From NCBI GenBank assembly GCA_964016885.1, contig OZ024740.1, positions 337,900,001-337,964,000 of the forward strand: 64,000 nt of DNA, read 5' to 3'. A program made the position numbers and the translations under genes. The notes under the pieces were generated by a model. The model was not told where the DNA came from, made no database searches, and was given only the letters and a program-made list of their open reading frames with translations. The stretch is from Eledone cirrhosa (Eukaryota). Positions 27,667 through 40,230 of this stretch are shown piece by piece (within the stretch, counting starts at the first letter, position 1; each line of letters begins with the position of its first letter).

Positions 27667-27716
27667 GCACACATATATGTACGTATGGATTTACCGAACA
27701 TTTATTATTATGCTCC
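27021..27716 (-). mobile_element. Non-coding ~530-bp HHR-bearing unit, about 1.3 tandem copies (retrozyme-like)
   Basis: 27021-27183 repeated at 27491-27716; internal hammerhead. Confidence 0.55.
27269..27311 (-). ncRNA. Type I hammerhead ribozyme
   Basis: Minus strand ACGTTG-CTGACGA-TAGCT-AATA-AGCTT-GAAAC-TA-GTA-CATCGT. Confidence 0.7.
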
Positions 27717-27797
27717 GAGCATTACAATAAATGTTCGGTAAATCCATACGTACATATATATATGTGTGCATGTATGTATATATATATATATATATAT

Positions 27798-29698
27798 AGT
27801 ATTAGTTACCATAAGGAGAACTTCATCAGCAACCCCACGATAAGACTTATCTGCCCTTCCAAGTCCGACATTGGTATTATCAGCAAGAAGATTTTGGATA
27901 AAATCATCCCACAAATTAAACACAAGATACACCTTAAACAATGGGGAAATACGGGTGAAGTGATTGAATGGTTCAAGGATATCAAGAATAATAAGAACAA
28001 AAAATTTATTCAATTTGATATCAATTCATACTACACCTCTATTTCCCCTATCCTATTAAATAAGGCACTCATCATGGCCATGAGCAATAGCGACCTGACT
28101 AGAGCCCAAGTTGATGTCATCCTTGCGGCCCGTAAAACCATAATCACCTTCGAGGACCAACTATGGACACGCAAGGATACGCACAACAACTTCAACATAA
28201 CCATGGGATCTAGTGACTCGGCGCAGGTCACTGATTTGGTCGGCCTAGACCTTCTCAATGAAATCCATAAGGACCTCCCTTACCTCAACGGTGGTTTGTA
28301 CCGCGATGATGCACTTCTACTTATAGAATATAAAAAATTTAATATAGAAAGAACTAGAAAACAATTGCATAAGACATTCAAAAACTTTAACCTTAGTATC
28401 ACCATGGACAAAAACACTAAAAATGTTAACTTCCTAGACGCCACACTATACCTAGACTCAAAAATATATACACCTTTCCATAAGCCTAACGAGAAACTTA
28501 TTTACGTAGATACCAAGTCTAATCACCCTAGATCAATATTAAACTCTATCTCTAAGGGGGTGTCCAATAGAATCTCTAGTCTGTCCTATGACGCAAACAT
28601 ATTTAGCAAAAACTCACAATATTACAATCAAGCATTAGCTAGCTCCGGCCATAATATAGAAATTGAGTTCCTACCTAAGAAAACACATAGCTACAACATC
28701 ATCTCGCACAACATGTCCACGAGGAAACCTAATAATAGGAATAGCAACCACAAGTACACCAAAGCGGAGGGTGCCACCGGAAGTAACCATTACCATGGAA
28801 ACTACTGTGGGGCCTTAGGAAGAAGCAACACACCAAACACTAAAAGCAAAAATAGAAGAAGAAATAATACATTTTTCAACCCTCCTTTCAACCTAAATGT
28901 CTCCACCAACATACCTAGGGCTTTCTTCTCACTACTAGATAAAAACTTCCCTCTAGGACACAAGTACCACAACCTCTTAAACAAAACACCATTAAAATCT
29001 CATACTCTACGACGCCTAACTTAGCATACCACATAGCTAGCAGCAATAATAGTAAAATTAGTTCTTACTTCCAACAAACAAAATCACAACGGGATGCAAA
29101 CCCTCTAAATACCACTGTAGCAAGCAACCATAGCAACGGCAGTAACAATAGAAATAACACTAGTATAAGTAATAACACCAGGGTTGTCAACCCGAACGCC
29201 CAAAATCCTATAGCTACCACACAGACTTCCGCACTGCATTATAACCAGCAGACTAACGCACAGGATAATTGTAACTGTAGAGCTAATAGAACCTGCCCTT
29301 TAGATAAAAAATGCCTAACCAAGGATATCATATACTCATGCACCGCCACGACTAACAACTCTTCAGAAACCTATGTAGGCTCCACTTCTAACTGCTTCAA
29401 AATCAGATATAATTCGCACATTCACTCGTTCAAAAAGCACAGCCTAGCAAACTCCACCTCACTTTCTAGCTACATACACTATCTAAAAACTAAAAATAAA
29501 CCATACACACTCAAATGGGAAGTGATAGGCAGCGCGACCTCGTACAAACCACCTAATAAATTTTGTAACCTCTGTATACTAGAGACACACAATATTATCT
29601 TCTCCAACCGTAACCTACTTAACAAAAAATCTGAGGTGTTTGCAACTTGCCAGCACCGCTTCAGACATTCCTTCCAAAACTTTAAGCCCAATATATAG
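27798..29698 (+). mobile_element. Penelope-like element (Naiad-like) RT + GIY-YIG ORF, 5'-truncated, frameshift near 28985
   Basis: HKENFISNPTIRLICPSKSDIG, FIQFDINSYYTSI, MGSSDSAQV, GLYRDD; shifted frame TIKISYS...CNCR...CPLDKKCL...IY...TYVG...CNLC..E...LLNKKSE, TAG at 29696-29698. Confidence 0.9.
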
Positions 29699-29971
29699 CA
29701 ATGTCGGACTGGAACCTAACACCACATCTAGCATCAAACACCAGAGACACACCTTATACTACATACCCAACACTAACTGATCTATTATAACACAAACAAC
29801 GACATCCCTCTGGAACCCTTCGCAGGGAGAATACCCATTTATACCTCTACGTCAGGTGTGAAAACATCCACCCACTTGAACGGCACTACACCGCTCTAAG
29901 GGTAATTTGATCATGAATTGATCGGTTGGATAGTGTTGTGCAGAGGAAACACCTTCCTTAGACAGATGAAA

Positions 29972-30258
29972 AATGATTTAATCTAGTAACGCTGTTGAGC
30001 TGTAGGACCAGGCTGCTGAGCGCAGTGAGTGAATGCATTGCAACTGCCGTGCGGGTTGTACATATATGGATGATCTGACGGTCAGAGAGGGGTCGCGAGG
30101 ACTGCGGATTGACCTCTGGCCGGCCTGGGGATGATTATCTTTCGACATCCAATGTAGCAAGCGATGACCCAGAACTTACCAGAGATCATTGGGTCCTGAA
30201 GCAATCCTGCAATCACCGTGCCTGGTCCTATGAGTAGACTACAACCACAGAGATCATT
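29972..30258 (+). ncRNA. Candidate structured RNA domain of unknown class
   Basis: GC-rich island with a 12-bp long-range helix and several internal hairpins. Confidence 0.4.
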
Positions 30259-31157
30259 AATTTAGAATCCTCGCTCATCATCTATAATTCTGTGGCACCT
30301 TACGATGGGTTAATCCACCATAATAATATGATCACCTTCAGCATAACTTAATTAAACTACTCTATAGTTAATACACTTTTTGCTTTAAAAATTTTCTTGG
30401 AGGATGCGCATCACCATAGAAATTAGGGTCTATATTGTGACACATTTTAATAGCTAGGTGTAGAAACCCCAGAGTTACCTCCCCGCATGCATTAACTCCC
30501 CTTAGCCACACACACACTTCCGGGTGGTATTCAATGGCGTTTCTCGAAACGTAACAGCCTCCTGTATTGAACTAAAGAACACCAGACTACGATCTCTAAC
30601 TGGATTGTCAAACGCTCAATATCGGATTGTCGTGGATTATGTGAAGGGCATATAATCGAAAAATACACTCCCCTGACCATGAAAATGCCGAAGTACATGA
30701 AATACTTGACATCCCTTCGCTGTGCATCTCCAATACTTTTAACACTTTTAATGCTTGCACTATTTTTAATGCTTATAATATTTCTCCACACACAGACTAT
30801 ATCAATCATATAAAGAATTTGCCACCAGATCTACCAACCTAACACTCTTGTTTACCTACCTAAGTGCCTCTACCACACATATCTCTCTGCCACACTATAT
30901 CAACAAGACGCACATGCGTGCCACACATATAACATTTGCACTATATAACCGCTTATCTTCATGTTGTATTTTAACCTGTATTTTTGATTTTTGATTGTAC
31001 CTCTTAATATAAATGTAATCTCGAAGCGTGTACTGCCACTCTAAATTCTGTAATGAATGTTGACCCACAATGTTTGAATATGTATCAATGTTTGAATATG
31101 TATCGGTATGTCTCTCGGCTGAAAAGGAGGTCATATAACTGTCCATGCATTAATAAA

Positions 31158-31206
31158 TTGCTCCGAAGAATCCAAACCTCGGTTTGGAGGAAACAGCTGT
31201 AAGCAC
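31158..31206 (+). ncRNA. Hammerhead variant with CCGAAGA core at the PLE 3' end
   Basis: TGCT-CCGAAGA-ATCCAAACC-TC-GGTTTGGAG-GAAAC-AGCT-GTA-AGCA. Confidence 0.65.
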
Positions 31207-31236
31207 AATAATGTTTTGAACAGTTCTTTGATTCTT

Positions 31237-31288
<52 letters not shown>

Positions 31289-31904
31289 ATACTGTACGTC
31301 TGTATACATATATGTATGTATACATACTTATATTTAAGTAACAGCCGTACTAAGAGTGAGAAATGAAATTTCGTTTAATATTTTCCATTTATATATATAA
31401 AGAAATTCGTTTTCAAATATAAAAACTGTAAAAATGTAGGTGAAAATGTTATATCAGCACAAACTATGATAAATTATTACTCTAAACTGTAGACATGACT
31501 ACAATAGAAAAAAAAATATATATGAATTAGTAGCGTGCAAGCATACGTAGAGCGAACTTTTTTACATTAATTATGTTATCAAATACCGTTAGTTATATCA
31601 TAATTTACATATGTTTCATTCTCCTGGGACTCCTCGTGATTAACCGAGATACAAATACGTCAACAATTTCATTTCTTCCAAACACAAACCATATCGGAGA
31701 AATGTTTTGTTCATATTTTAAAGAACTGCGTCGTGAGAATAAAAAAATAGGCCTTACCACGTGAAGCTTCACAGTTAATTAAAATTGGCACTCAAACGAA
31801 TGCTTATACATGAAAATGATATTGTAATCATAGGCACTGTTAATTCTTTTTGCATAATGCCTTCTATATAAATGCCAAAAAGTGCAGATGCACACATCTT
31901 CACA

Positions 31905-32004
<100 letters not shown>

Positions 32005-32957
32005 CGCACACATGCATACTCACATGCACATATCAGTCAATATATACATGCATGTATACAAGCATATGCGTAAAAAACAACAAAATTAATAAGAACATGA
32101 TAAGTTAGTTGGGTTAGTGAATCTTCCAATACCTTTTACACCAGAAGGAGAACACGTACTTTAGTAATTATTTAGGGAAAGAACAATTTGAAGTTGGTAG
32201 CTCCCCCAAACTCTACGTGCATATATACACATCCCCCACCTCCAATCTAAAATATAAATGTGCGTGTATGTTTGCATACATGCATTTGCAGATGTGTATG
32301 TACTCTTATAGAGGTTCATCAATTACTACTATCCGAGTTGATTAATTAGAAGCTTATATAATCTAGAGAGTGTGTGTGTGTGTGTGTGTATGTGTGTGTG
32401 TGTGTGTGTGTGCATACAGGTGTACGTGTGCATGTACTAACAGAGTTCTATCAAGCACTACTACCCGAACTAATTAATTACAAGTGAACAAGAAGTTTGT
32501 TAGCAAATATGTGAAAAAAAAAAAATTTGCATGAAAGTAGCTAGATGAGTATCGACTCAAGATTATAAATATTAAAAATAGGTCTCTAATGTTAAAATTC
32601 TACCCTAATCAGGTTCCTTAATTTTATAGTAAAAGGAGTCTCCAGTATGGTTTGTGTTTGGAAGAAATGAAATTGTTGAGGTATTTATATCTTGGTTAAT
32701 TCCAAAGAATCCCAGGAGATGAAACATATGTAAATTAAATTATGATATAACTATGTAACTAACAGTGTTTGATAACATAATATATATATGTGAGTGTGTG
32801 TGTGTGTAATAATAAGTTGATGAGACTAGCATGGATTTCACTGCTAATGCCGGTTGCACCTCAGCGTACTCAATAGGTAATGTTGAGTAAACTCCCAGAG
32901 TAGACACATAGTTATTCGCTTTAAAACAACACACGTAAATGGTTACCTTCAATCTAT

Positions 32958-33069
32958 ACTCGAACTCGAGTTTCTGCCACACTTAATGCATCAATCGAGT
33001 GCACAACATATATTGTCTGCGTTTATTATGCAACAATGCACAATCGGTGCATGTGGCTCATCAGCGGGT
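32958..33069 (-). ncRNA. Hammerhead with ~80-nt stem II domain
   Basis: Minus strand ACCCG-CTGATGA-GCCACA...TGTGGC-A-GAAAC-TCGA-GTT-CGAGT. Confidence 0.6.
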
Positions 33070-33124
33070 TTTGCCTAATCTATAACCAATCGATCGACAT
33101 ATATATATGTGTGTGTGTGTGTGT

Positions 33125-33400
33125 GTCTTAGTGATGAGAACATTGGGTTTGCAATTGTGAGGTGTATGAACACAATTCCTCGGACTATGTGGTGCACTGT
33201 GTCCTTGAGCAAGACACTTTAATTCAAGTCGTTCTAGTTCACTCAGCTGGAGCAATGTGTTATGATGTTATTGGTGCCAAACTTTATTGTCCTTTGCCTC
33301 TCCCTTGGGCAACATCGAGAGGGAGACTAGCATGCATATGCATGCATGACTGAAGGTTTCCCCACGAAAAAAAAAAAATTTGCTGAGGTTTGTGCTTCAG
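33125..33400 (+). mobile_element. Diverged SINE family B variant
   Basis: CCTTGAGCAAGACACTT core. Confidence 0.6.
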
Positions 33401-33424
33401 AGAATTATATATATATATAAATAT

Positions 33425-33805
33425 ATCATCATCATCATCATCATTTTACGTCTGCTTTTCCCTGCTTGCAAGGGTGGGACGGACACTGATTCTGGCTTGA
33501 TTTCTACAGTTGGATGCCCTTCCTAACACCAACCTCATTTACAGTGAGTGCTGGGTGATTTTTTTCTGTGGCGCCTATACGTCCACTTTACAGTGTGGGC
33601 TGGGTGATTTTTTGCCGTGGCACCTCCACGACCACTTTGCAGTGGAATGATAGGAACCCCAGTCCTATCATCTCATTTCTACAGCTGAGTAAACTGGAGC
33701 AATGTGAAATAAAGTGTCTTGCAAAAAGGAAACAACACATCGAGAATTAAACTCACAAGCTTTCGATTGCAAGCCCAATGCTCTAACCACTAAGCCATGT
33801 GCCTT
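33425..33805 (-). mobile_element. SINE family B with RTE tail
   Basis: Reverse complement of 5115-5458. Confidence 0.8.
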
Positions 33806-33852
<47 letters not shown>

Positions 33853-34598
33853 CAATACAAGCACTCAGCAGAAACATGTGAAAGGGGGGACCCAGTGCCC
33901 ACCCAAGAAACCCAAACAGACCTGAGGACCCCCCCCCCACCGTGCCTGGGGGGAAGACCACCATGTAACACCTAACGGGAACCCCATTCTAGGTACGTAG
34001 AGGTCGACCACCCTCTGCAACTGCAGAAACCCCGAATCATGCCCCCTTGGTAATGAATGCCTTAAGAAGAACCTAGTATACGGTTGCAGGGTTAAAACCC
34101 CCAACTCCGAACACCTACATAGGAGCCACATCAATGAGCTTTAAAGACTGCTGGTACAACCATCGCCATTCCTTCAATAAGGAGGCCAAAAGGAAAAGCA
34201 CGGCTCTCTCCGACCTGATCTGGAAGCTTAAGCTGGACAGGGCCCCGTACTCTCTGGCCTGGTACATAATCATGAAAGTACCACCCGATAAAGGGGATCT
34301 TGCATATGCAAACTATGCCTGAACGAGACCCTCGAGATACTAAGAGGTGGAAGCGGCCTGATAAACCTCAGAACCAACTACTTCAGGACATGCAGACACC
34401 TCAGAGCCGGGACCTTCCTCAAGATATCAGAGTATTGACAAGGTTATACACCTCAACAACATATGTACTTGTCTATACCACACTAATTCGGACTGCCTGA
34501 AGAGGTCACAGCCATCTTTGGCTGTCACCGAAATATATATAGCAGTAATAAACGAAGCTAAATTTTAAACATTTGACGTATTTATTTTATTTTATTTT
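33853..34598 (+). mobile_element. Second Naiad-like PLE 3' fragment (GIY-YIG) inserted in (TA)n
   Basis: CNCRNPESCPLGNECLKKNLVY...TYIGAT..SFKDCWYNHRHSF...STALS...CKLCLNE, frameshifted. Confidence 0.85.
34492..34546 (+). ncRNA. Type I hammerhead ribozyme
   Basis: ACTGC-CTGAAGA-GGTCACAGCC..GGCTGTCACC-GAAA-TATATA-TA-GCAGT, followed by AATAAA. Confidence 0.8.
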
Positions 34599-34854
34599 AT
34601 ATATATATATATATATAAATATGTGTGTGTGTGTAACTACAGTTACGGGCAGTTTGTCGGTTAAATAACTTTATGCTGTTATGTGGTATATAAGTATATA
34701 CAAACTTTACCTACGAACCTTAGTAAGACAAGTGTGAAACAAAATGTATCAATGTGTTCTCTTTTGTCTACTGACTTTTTTCTTTTTTTGCTATATTATT
34801 ATTAGTACTGACCTTCCTTAGAGTTTGTTAGTATATGTTTTTTCTTATACCTAG

Positions 34855-35060
34855 TGCAGGTGGTGGAATGGAAATTTTGGTAGAACTTTGGACAACGTGT
34901 TTTGTGGCATATAGTTAGGGCCCTTTATATTCTGAGTCCAAAATCCTGCCAAGGTTAGCTTTGCCTTTCATTCTTATGGGAGTCGATAATATAAAGTACC
35001 TGTAATGCACTGGGGTTGATTTCATCAACTTTTCCCTTCTCTTCAAATTGCTTCTGTTTC
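34855..35060 (+). mobile_element. Diverged SINE family A
   Basis: GCCTTTCATTC...GTCGATAATATAAAGTACC body. Confidence 0.65.
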
Positions 35061-36402
35061 TACAGGTAACATCTTAAATATAATACAGGAAGGGTATTTG
35101 TTTATCAGCTAGATAGACTGAGACAAACAGAGTTATCTGAGCTGCCTGGTGACACACTATCAAGCATTTAAATGAGTATTGTGTATAGAACCTCTTGAAC
35201 AAACTTACCGGGGCAAATCATTTTTATACACATGCACACATAGTGAGGGAGGAAGGGAGAGAGAGAGAGAGTCTAGTTATAAAAATTTAGAGAGATTTAC
35301 AAAGGCTATAAAGAAATAAAGTGAGCATGCTCTGGTGAATCTGTAATGTCAATGTACACGAATGACAAAGCACAAATGAGCTAAGAGAAAAGTTTTATGT
35401 AAGAGGAATCAGATATAGAGTTTATGTGTTGTGTCTGGAGGATGACTGCTCTAGTTTAGGACAGTGGATGAAACCTATGGATAAAGAATACCTGGAAAAC
35501 ATCGGATGTGGTGGTGAAAACTGATCTTCAAATGCTGAACCTCATGAAGGAGATGACAAAGGGCTGTGATGATTAATTATGTCGGAGAAAACTTACCATC
35601 CTGTACAATCATGACAAAACAAATGTTAAACTGATGGTAGTGTTTGAGGTTTGAGGGTATATCTACATATGGCTCTCCTGCCAAGTATATCCTTCCTAAG
35701 ACTCTGTCTCCCCTCTCAACTCCATTCCTCATTGTATCTATCTGACTCTCTCCACCTCCGGATATTCTCTCATCTTATCCTATATTCACAGCATCGTGCT
35801 GCCTATGTAATGAGAATCATCTTTAGTCCTGTTTGTACAAAATTCCCCCTGCCCCTGCTATTTAAATCACCCCATACACCCTCTCTATGCTACCAATGCT
35901 TCTCACTAACACCATTTTCTTTTACCAACCATCACTTGCTCGTTTTATCTCTCTATCCCAAACAAACATATAGCTGTCATTACTCCCTATAGCACTATTT
36001 CTTCTAGTACTCCTCATTTTAAATTGCATTTTCTATCAAGCATTCTCTCCCTTATTCCATTGCTGTCACCTCTCTATTGCTCTGTGTTACTCCCACTAGT
36101 ACAGTCTTTTTTTCTGTAACTCCCTCTGTCATATTCTCACATTTATTTGAACTCTCTCATCATACTTTTGCATCTTTCATCCATACAAACTCACCTTCTT
36201 AGTCATGTGTCTTGAATGAACAAAGTCAGTGTGTGGTAGTGAGTACACTTGCAGTTCTATGATAGCAAAAACAAACTCACTAATGCTGGTGCCATGATAA
36301 AGTGTTTGGGTTTTTAAAGAGCATTCAGCTACAGAAACCATCCAACCCATGCCAGTATGGAAATTGGACGTGATGGTAATGATAATGATGATGATGATGA
36401 TG

Positions 36403-36468
<66 letters not shown>

Positions 36469-37429
36469 ATGTGTGTGTGGTGTATGTGTAGGTACAGGTC
36501 TAGCTGTATCATTAAACAGTTCACTTCATCCCATTGCAAGTCAGCTTTGACAAATGTCTTCTGTAGCTTTTGGTCAATGAATGTCATGTAAAGAAATTTG
36601 GTAGCTGGAAACTATTAAAACAAGTCTAACACTGAAATATGTGCAGAGTTGTCACTATATCTACCAAAAATCAAATTTTTCTTCACATCACTGCATAGCC
36701 TATTTCAAATTCTAATTCACTGGGATTTTAGTAAATTAACCTAGTTTTTAAAATGTTTTTCATTTTTTTAGAGTTGACTCTCTTGTTCATATTTAGTTGA
36801 CTTTAACATTTGTCAATGCTTACTTCTTGATACGGGTATAGTGTTTAATAACTTAAGCTGTGTTTGCACTTACTTTACTATTTAAATTGGTGCAAAGAAT
36901 GGAAAATCAGAAAAAAGAGAATTTTACAAATATTTACCGTATAGTTCAGTAACTTCATATATTCATTGTTTTGCTGTGCTACTAAAGAATCAATTTGGGA
37001 AAGTTCATTTTGGATTTCTGTAAAAAAAAAAAAGGATAAAATAATTATAAATAAATAAAAGAAAGAATAACAGAAACTAAAAAATTGGGTGAATAAAAAT
37101 GATTACAGTTGCAAATTTCCTACAAAATGAATTCATCAACACTTCGTCATTATCCTCATCATCATGTTTATGACTACTTTCTATGCTAGCATGGGTTAGA
37201 TGAGAATATTTTGTGGCAGTTTTACTATAGCCGCATGCCTTTCCTCTATTTCTAAATGTGGTATATACCACTGATCTTCTACCACTCAACTGCAGGATCT
37301 ATTGTTTATACTGCACATAAACAAATGCCGCCACCACCTTTAAACAATGTTAATATGAAGATACACAGAGAAAGACACAAATACACACACACAGTATTGA
37401 AAGGGTTAAATGAATTTAGTTGAACATAT

Positions 37430-37765
37430 GGAGGCACATGGCTTAGTGGTTAGAGTATTGGCCTTGCAATCGAAAGGTTGTGAGTTCAATTCTCAGACCG
37501 GGTGATGTGTTGTTTCCTTGAGCAAGACACTTTATTTCACATTGCTCCAGTTTACTCAGCTGTAGAAATGAGATGATAGGGATTGGGGGTCCCTATCATT
37601 CCACTGCAAAGTGGCCGTGTAGGTGCCATGGCAAAAAAGCACCCAGCACTCACTGTAAATGAGGTTGGTGTTAGGAAGGGCATCCAGCTGTAGAAATCAA
37701 GCCAGAATCAGTTCCCATCCCACCCTTGCAAGCAGGGAAAAGCGGACGTAAAATGGTGATGATGA
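37430..37765 (+). mobile_element. SINE family B with RTE tail
   Basis: Near-identical to 5115-5458. Confidence 0.85.
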
Positions 37766-37979
37766 AAATGGTGATATCAGTCTAGTACTTATTTTATTGG
37801 TCTGTTTTTGCTGAACTGCAAATTCATAGGACATAACACAGATACAAATATAAAACATAGTCAAACACATACACTCATGGGCTTCTGCAATTTATAGAAA
37901 CAGATTCCATGAAGTAGGAGTGAACCCTAAATCATGGTTCCAAAGCAAATTTCTTAACCACATAGCCATCCTATTATTC

Positions 37980-38090
37980 CCCCCGTCGAGGTTAACTTTG
38001 CCTTTCATCCTTACGGGGGTCGATAAAATAAAGTATCAGTAATGCACTGGGATAATTGCTGGCCTTGTGCTAAAAGTAGAAACAATTATT
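37980..38090 (+). mobile_element. SINE family A 3' half
   Basis: Body match to 103-291. Confidence 0.75.
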
Positions 38091-38514
38091 CCTTAAACTC
38101 ATATATGTCAGATATACTCCAGAACATTCCAATTTAGAGCAGTGATGGTAGAACTTGAATGAAAACCTTTTTATTTGATTCTGTCAAAATTCGATCCTCT
38201 GCTTCAAGTATATTTTCCATATTACATTATATCCCTTGTGATATGTGGTTTTGATCCAACCCATTAATTGCTAAGCCTCACATTTCATGAAGTGTTCTTC
38301 AACAGAACTTATTCATATCATTTTCGTTAATTAAGTTGGCCTCAGTCACCTTGAAATTTTCAAAGTTAAATGGCTTAAGGCTCGTCCCATTTTTCAATAA
38401 TAACTTCCAAGAGATGAAATATCAGCAATCTAAAAGTGAATAGCAGTAGATAATAGCCTAGAGGCAATGATGAACCAGCATCACCTTACATCACTTCACT
38501 TCTCTCTTCTCTTC

Positions 38515-38710
38515 TGCAGTCATCAGCGTCATCACCATCATAATCATCACCATCGTCATCATGAACATTAACATGAAAATGATGATGATAATGTTGATGA
38601 TCAGGATAATGGTCATCATTAGCATCATTGTCCTAATGATCATCATTACTATGATCACCATTACCACCATCATTGTCATGCTTTTCTTTCTCTTTTGCCA
38701 CTACCATCAT
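38515..38710. repeat. Degenerate (ATC)n/(ATG)n trinucleotide tract
   Basis: Seen directly. Confidence 0.8.
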
Positions 38711-38973
38711 TTAATTCTTCTCTCCATCTTCTCTCATATTCCCAATACCCAATACCCTCATTATTATTATTATTATTATTATTATGCTGCAGCTGTCAGA
38801 GATATAATCAAGTATATTATAGCTCTGTGTATTTCTTCAAGCACTGCAAAACTATAAGTAGACACACACACACACACACACATACACACACACACATACA
38901 AATATATGCATACATACATAGGTATATGCCTACACATATCTACAAGATATATATGTGTATATACATACAGAAC

Positions 38974-39024
<51 letters not shown>

Positions 39025-39586
39025 TGACATACACAATACAACCCCTAACACACAAATATACGCATATACACAAACATAGCGATTTTGTATAGGCAATGTC
39101 TTGAAGGCTGTGTTTAATTGTGTAAAAGCAAGCTGCCATGAAGAGAAAACTCTCAATTTAGATTCTAATCATCATAATTACCTTTGATAGGGGTGGCTGT
39201 ATAATCTTATTGTGTTATTGTTAAAGACAAACAGCTAATTACATCAATTCCAAGACTTGTCATGCCAAACCAGTCTACACAATTTGGAAGAACTGGCTTT
39301 GGTAAGATTCTGATGTGAATGTTATTGTGAAAAGTTTGTCCAAATTTACAATCATGACACGTAGTTAATAAAACCCCAGATATTATTAATGAAAAATAAG
39401 AATAAAATCTCTCACCATAGACCCCATGGAGCATGCAAGCACTCATGGGCTGTTTTAAAGTGAAAAAAACCCTCAGAGAACCCTGAAGTTACAGAATATA
39501 GATAGTGATACTTTATGAGACTCGCTTCACTAGAAATCTGAGCAGGCTCTACCTTTTGGAGCAGTAACAGTCTGCAGAAACAATAA

Positions 39587-39766
39587 ATAATTGTTTCTAC
39601 ATTTTGGCACAAGGCTAGCAATTATCCCAGTGTATTACTGGTGCTTTATTTTATCAACCCCCGTAAGGATGAAAGGCAGAGTTAACCTCAGCGGGATTTG
39701 AACTCAGACCATAAAGGGCCATAACTCTTTGCTGCTAAGCATGGCATCCAACCCTCTACTGATACT
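39587..39766 (-). mobile_element. SINE family A
   Basis: Match to 103-291. Confidence 0.8.
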
Positions 39767-39769
39767 AAT

Positions 39770-40230
39770 GTTTGGGGTGGGATTTGCTGGCAAAAGCTAC
39801 ATTGTCAGAAATCTTGTTGGTCTCTCAAGAAACTGAACAGTAGGCCCATGTTTCTCTGGCTGGCAAATAACATGCCTATCATCATCAGTGCTTACACAAC
39901 CACAATAAATGATTCCAACAATTCAAGGAAAAGATTTATGAAGAACTGATCTTTCTTATCAGGTTTTGTCCTCAGCAATTTCAATATCAAGGTTGTATCT
40001 GCTTATGACAACTGGGAGAGAATCATCAGAAAGAATGAAAATAGAGAGTTTAACATCAATAGTCTTCAGCAGTACAGAGCATAATATATCTGCTTACTGT
40101 AAATGCTGCTTCACTGTAAAAAGACATCATTAATCCACCCCCACTGTAGGCACTGGCATCTTATTGATGATGTCAATATCTGGAATACAGGCTGGCAAGA
40201 GATTCATAAGTGTCCAGCAGAAAATGTAAC
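39770..40230 (+). mobile_element. Old RTE-like APE endonuclease remnant
   Basis: GVGFA..., IISAY..., HWHLIDDV remnants. Confidence 0.45.

Noticed and set aside
27798-29698. Selenoprotein Naiad (in-frame UGA plus SECIS)
   Set aside because: The visible cysteines are TGT/TGC, there is no in-frame TGA in the retained ORF, and the ATGA..TGA hairpin near 30164 does not fit SECIS geometry; the missing 5' part cannot be assessed
29969-30258. Minus-strand 7SL-like Pol III RNA (short Alu-like words, terminal T5)
   Set aside because: No intact helix 8 GNRA motif, and the G-U pairs favour the plus strand; an Rfam scan would settle it
38350-38430. Minus-strand coding exon with AG/GT ends
   Set aside because: Stop codons in all three frames
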